From Selaginella moellendorffii (Eukaryota; Plantae; Lycopodiophyta), in contig NW_003314270.1 of NCBI RefSeq assembly GCF_000143415.4, positions 603,373 to 614,783 of the forward strand: a stretch of DNA of 11,411 nucleotides. Reading direction: 5' to 3'. A program made the position numbers and the translations under genes. The notes beneath the pieces are model-generated. The model worked only from the letters and a program-made list of their open reading frames with translations. It did not search any database and was not told the origin of the DNA. Positions 7,701 to 11,411 of this stretch are shown piece after piece. How positions within the stretch are numbered: the stretch's first letter is position 1; the number at the start of each line of letters is the position of its first letter.

Positions 7701-9634
7701 ATCACACATAGCTAGATCCATAGCATATTGGAAAAAATGGATTATTGGCTACTCCATTTTGAGATTTAAATGCCCACTCTGAAAATTTGTGACTGATGAA
7801 GAAAACTTGTTGTTTGAGATGCACTTCTATAAATCTAGCTTACGCTGCAATTGAGAGATTCATCCTTGAGCTTGGAATAAGGGAATAGTTTGTGTCATAT
7901 ACTCTAAAGAGTTACTCCTTGTTCACACGGGCATGAACTTTAGATGCCTAGCAGTGGCAAATGCAGAGTTGTGTCATAAACCAAGAAAAAATCTTTAGTT
8001 ACGACATACCTTTGCCTTGAATAACATGTCTAGAATATATCCCAAGCTCTAGTAGTCAAATCACTAATGGAGAAATTACTCAGCTCTTGAAATAAACAAG
8101 AGCTATACACCAAGAAAACTTCCCCAAACTCTTGAAACAAACAATAGCAAGTGTGAAAATTGGAAAACTCAAGCTAAACATGGCAAAAATAGACAAGATA
8201 GGACTCCCTAAACTACCCTAGCTCTTGGACAAAACAAATATTAGAAAATTCAAGTAAAAAAGAGGCGAGAAAGCTCCAACTCCTCATAGATAGTGCAAGA
8301 AGAGAATTAATGCTAGATCGTTTGATACACAAGACCAAAATTCATGAGACAAGATTCAAAAGAAAGCTCTCCTCAAGTTCCTTCTAGAAATGAAGAACAA
8401 GATCTAAGAAACTACTCTTAGAAACCGTGAAACAAATAAAAAGAACTTCTTGAACACTTGATAGTTGAAAAATGAACTTCCAAGAGAATGAACTAAATCA
8501 ATAAAGAAAGAGCCCACTAGAAACCATAGGAGCTGATCTACCAAGCACCAGAAAGATCTAAGAAAATGATGGCTTGTAGGGAAGGTACACCATTGTCAAA
8601 GATACCTATCTACATGCATCTCAAATCTCCTTGCATATCGTGATTCCTACACCAAGTTTACAGATTTGTGATGGTCGAGGATAAAAAAGGATGAGATCTA
8701 TAAGCCCATCTACTCAATTTGCCAAAAAACCTAAAACTAGAGTGAGAGAATAGGATTTTTAGTCATGAGTCCTAAAACCCAAAGAAAACTAAAAAAAAAG
8801 GAATTTGTGAGAATGATAGTGAATCTTATGCTTAAGAGAACTCATTTGACTCCCAAGGCACCCTTAGACACAAATTCTACCACTAAGAATGAGAATCATG
8901 CTTAAATTCCTCACAACTCTCAAGAACAAGAAAGAAAACACATGGAAATGGGATAGGCCAGTTAGAAATCAACCCATCCCATTGTGGTTGCCATTTTGGT
9001 GTGTAGCTAGCACACCTTTTACTTACAAATGCACTCAAAACATGGCAAAAAACTTGAAAATCAATACATTGTCAATTGGAAGAAAGGTATATACCCCCCA
9101 TTTAGAATATCCTCTCCCATACTCAGAATATTCCTTAGAGGGAATATTTAGAGAATCTCTATGCTCCAAGATGCTCTACAACATATGTTCCATTCATATC
9201 GATTTGTACATTTGTTATGCATGAGTGAGTAATCACTCCTAATCCATTTAAGTCAACCCAACTTGCAAATGGCATGCACATATGTAAGTGTAGTCGACTA
9301 CTCACAAGAGAGAATATAGTGTGTAGTCATGGCATGGATGTAAAATCTATATGATATGCTATGAGAGCAAGATATGAGTTGGTGACATAAGAAGTTTAAA
9401 AACTAAATCAAGTACTCATAATTCATGTGGCACAATGCATAAGGCATTTCATGGTATATATCCAACTTTAAATCCTAGACACAAGCCTTGTAACAACTAG
9501 AGCTTCATAAATTTGACATTGGCTAAAGCAATATTCTATTAGTTGACAGTGACAATATGTATATCTAACTCAAGATACACAACTGGCCACACTAGTATAT
9601 ATGTCAGATCTCATAAATTTTCATGAGCATCCCC

Positions 9635-9638
<4 letters not shown>

Positions 9639-9676
<38 letters not shown>
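9639..9676. repeat. (TA)19 microsatellite
   Basis: Perfect dinucleotide run. Confidence 0.98.
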
Positions 9677-9679
<3 letters not shown>

Positions 9680-10506
9680 TGATAAAACCTCCTGGAATCT
9701 ATCGAAATGTTGCGAATCTACAATGGGATGCCTAAAAATTCACTTCTAGCAACAAATTAGATACCTCATATAGTGTTCATCTTTACCCCTTTCAAATATT
9801 AAAGAACAGTTTGAATCATATAGGATAGGTTGTCTATCTTGCACTTCTAGTAATAGGATATTATTATCCATAGGAAAATTATTCAAATTTGACATTAAAA
9901 AATGACCCATGTTTCTTGTCCCGACTATGTATATTATATGTCAAAATATCCTTATCAATCTTGTCATAAAATGAAAATAGGACCTTCTAGATATTTCAAT
10001 TGTAGATCACCTTACTATTGCCCTTGATACTAGATACCCCTGCCTCTAGTCTCCAACATAGCACCTCCATTAGTGTTCTTACCTCAATAGTGACCCTAAT
10101 TATCAAACATATTGATATGATTAGCATTTATGAGTGACATTGAAACTATCCCATATATGTAAGTAACAAAGACATATTATATACAAGTTTTTGTGGCTGA
10201 ATGATGTATCACCACATGAAGGATGCAATATCATGTGGTACAGCACTTTTTCATGTGACATCAAGCCATAATTTTAAGTAATTCATTAGAGTTTGGTTTG
10301 GTTTAAAATTGTGATCTCAAAACCTTGGTCTAAAGGGTTATGTTTTGCTGTTGGAGGCACTCTAATGAATTCTATATTTATATGTGTGTGTATGTGACAC
10401 AGACAGATTAATATAAGCTAGATTTAGGAATAAGCTAAAACAAATTCAAGTTTTAGCAAAAAAATCTTTAAAAGTAAAATACATCCTTTAAATTACATTA
10501 AAATTC

Positions 10507-11409
10507 TTAATTATAACAAACTGTTTTAGTTGACCACATTTGTATAGAAGGTTTTCCATCTTTATATAAAACTAGATTGCAATTTAATTGTAGAATAAGT
10601 ATTGATGGTTTTACACAATTAGATTTCCTACAATAAGTTCCAGTTGCATATAGTGATTGTAAATCAAATGCTGAATAAAGTACAAGATTTCCATCTTCTT
10701 GTAATCTTAATTTACAATCAAAACTAACTCCATAAGTTTTAGCATCCCATAAAACTGTATTTCCATAATAAAAAACTGTATTACAATCATGTTGTACCAA
10801 AAATATATATAATTTATAAAAATGTGTTAAAAATTCACCTGGATTAAGTGTGGCTATATGCAAACCTTTATATCCACTAAATAATTTATTTTTTAAGAAG
10901 TTACAAATTTTATATGGAATTGAATGTACATGAATATTATCAAGGGGTATTCTTCTAGAAATATAGCCTTGTATTTGATATAGAACTAAAAAAAGGCCAA
11001 TATCATGCTGACCAATAATACTTATAAAATGTGATGCTCTGGCATTTTCAAAAGATGAATAGACTTCTGCACTAAATCTTGATAATAAAGACCCAGTAGC
11101 ATCATTATTAATTTCATGTATACCATTATTTATTGGACAATTTATACTAGCAGACAGCACAACAAATAACATATTTATGTGTACTTCTGGAGTCATGTAA
11201 GATGTATAAAATAAGGAACCCACTCGTGTATTTCCACCAGGAGGCAATGAGTGTGTTAAAAAAATAAAAAACATTGAAGCTAAATTATTCATACTTATTT
11301 GCTCTGGAATGGCTCCATTATCACCATACTCCTCATAATGAAACATATTTTGAGAATAAGCTATAGTAAAATATAGAAAAGTAACTAATATAAAATTTTT
11401 ATATTTCAT
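10507..11409 (-). CDS. Secreted 300-aa chimeric lectin: signal peptide, unknown ~150-aa domain, C-terminal bulb-type (GNA-like) mannose-binding lectin
   Basis: MKYKNFILVTFLYFTIAYS-Q is signal-peptide-like. NKLFSG...TLNPGEFL matches the GNA N-terminus NILYSGETLSTGEFL. There are three QxDxNxVxY-type sites (QHDCNTVFY, QEDGNLVLY, QLNCNLVLY), and C209/C232 are spaced like the GNA disulfide. The ORF is uninterrupted, but its start is 2 nt from the window edge. Confidence 0.88.
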   Translation of the reverse strand: MKYKNFILVTFLYFTIAYSQNMFHYEEYGDNGAIPEQISMNNLASMFFIFLTHSLPPGGNTRVGSLFYTSYMTPEVHINMLFVVLSASINCPINNGIHEINNDATGSLLSRFSAEVYSSFENARASHFISIIGQHDIGLFLVLYQIQGYISRRIPLDNIHVHSIPYKICNFLKNKLFSGYKGLHIATLNPGEFLTHFYKLYIFLVQHDCNTVFYYGNTVLWDAKTYGVSFDCKLRLQEDGNLVLYSAFDLQSLYATGTYCRKSNCVKPSILILQLNCNLVLYKDGKPSIQMWSTKTVCYN

Positions 11410-11411
11410 TT

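Larger units (their letters stand above)
3660..9495 (-). mobile_element. Decayed Ty3/gypsy LTR retrotransposon, Tat-like (gag - aRH - [nested LTR, gap] - RT - RH - INT); boundaries approximate
   Basis: Minus-strand remnants of gag, aRH, RT thumb, RH and INT occur in gypsy order. The 8000-9495 stretch looks like 5'UTR/LTR (TATATA near 9089-9094, minus-strand TGTTAC start at 9495). Continuity across the gap is assumed; no matching 3' LTR or TSD was found. Confidence 0.65.

Noticed and set aside
8528-8545. Minus-strand TGGTAGATCAGC as a primer-binding site
   Set aside because: No adjacent LTR-terminal CA and no tRNA complement I can confirm.
11030-11060. ENAR in the lectin protein's N-terminal domain as a ribosome-inactivating-protein EAAR motif
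   Set aside because: The domain is only ~150 aa and lacks the downstream conserved Trp and other RIP motifs; a 4-residue resemblance is not evidence.

Overview
This is AT-rich eukaryotic DNA, most likely from a land plant judging by its retroelement and lectin families, with a 676-nt assembly gap (4892-5567). The centre (~3660-9495) is a decayed minus-strand Ty3/gypsy LTR retrotransposon of Tat type. It retains remnants of gag, an extra archaeal-type RNase H (aRH), the RT thumb, the native RNase H and a truncated integrase. Its RT palm is locally inverted, and a second element's 3' LTR with PPT is nested in it (5665-6285). The flanks are the more interesting part. On the left is an intact 172-aa ORF whose C2H2 motif has the spacing of the SGS3 zf-XS finger but no XS domain, next to a pseudogenised tandem paralog that shares a 15-nt upstream element. 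On the right is an intronless 300-aa secreted protein fusing an unrecognised ~150-aa domain to a GNA/bulb-type mannose-binding lectin. Both flanks are enriched in TGACA/TGTCA motifs. All family assignments come from manual translation and recalled motifs; no database searches were run.
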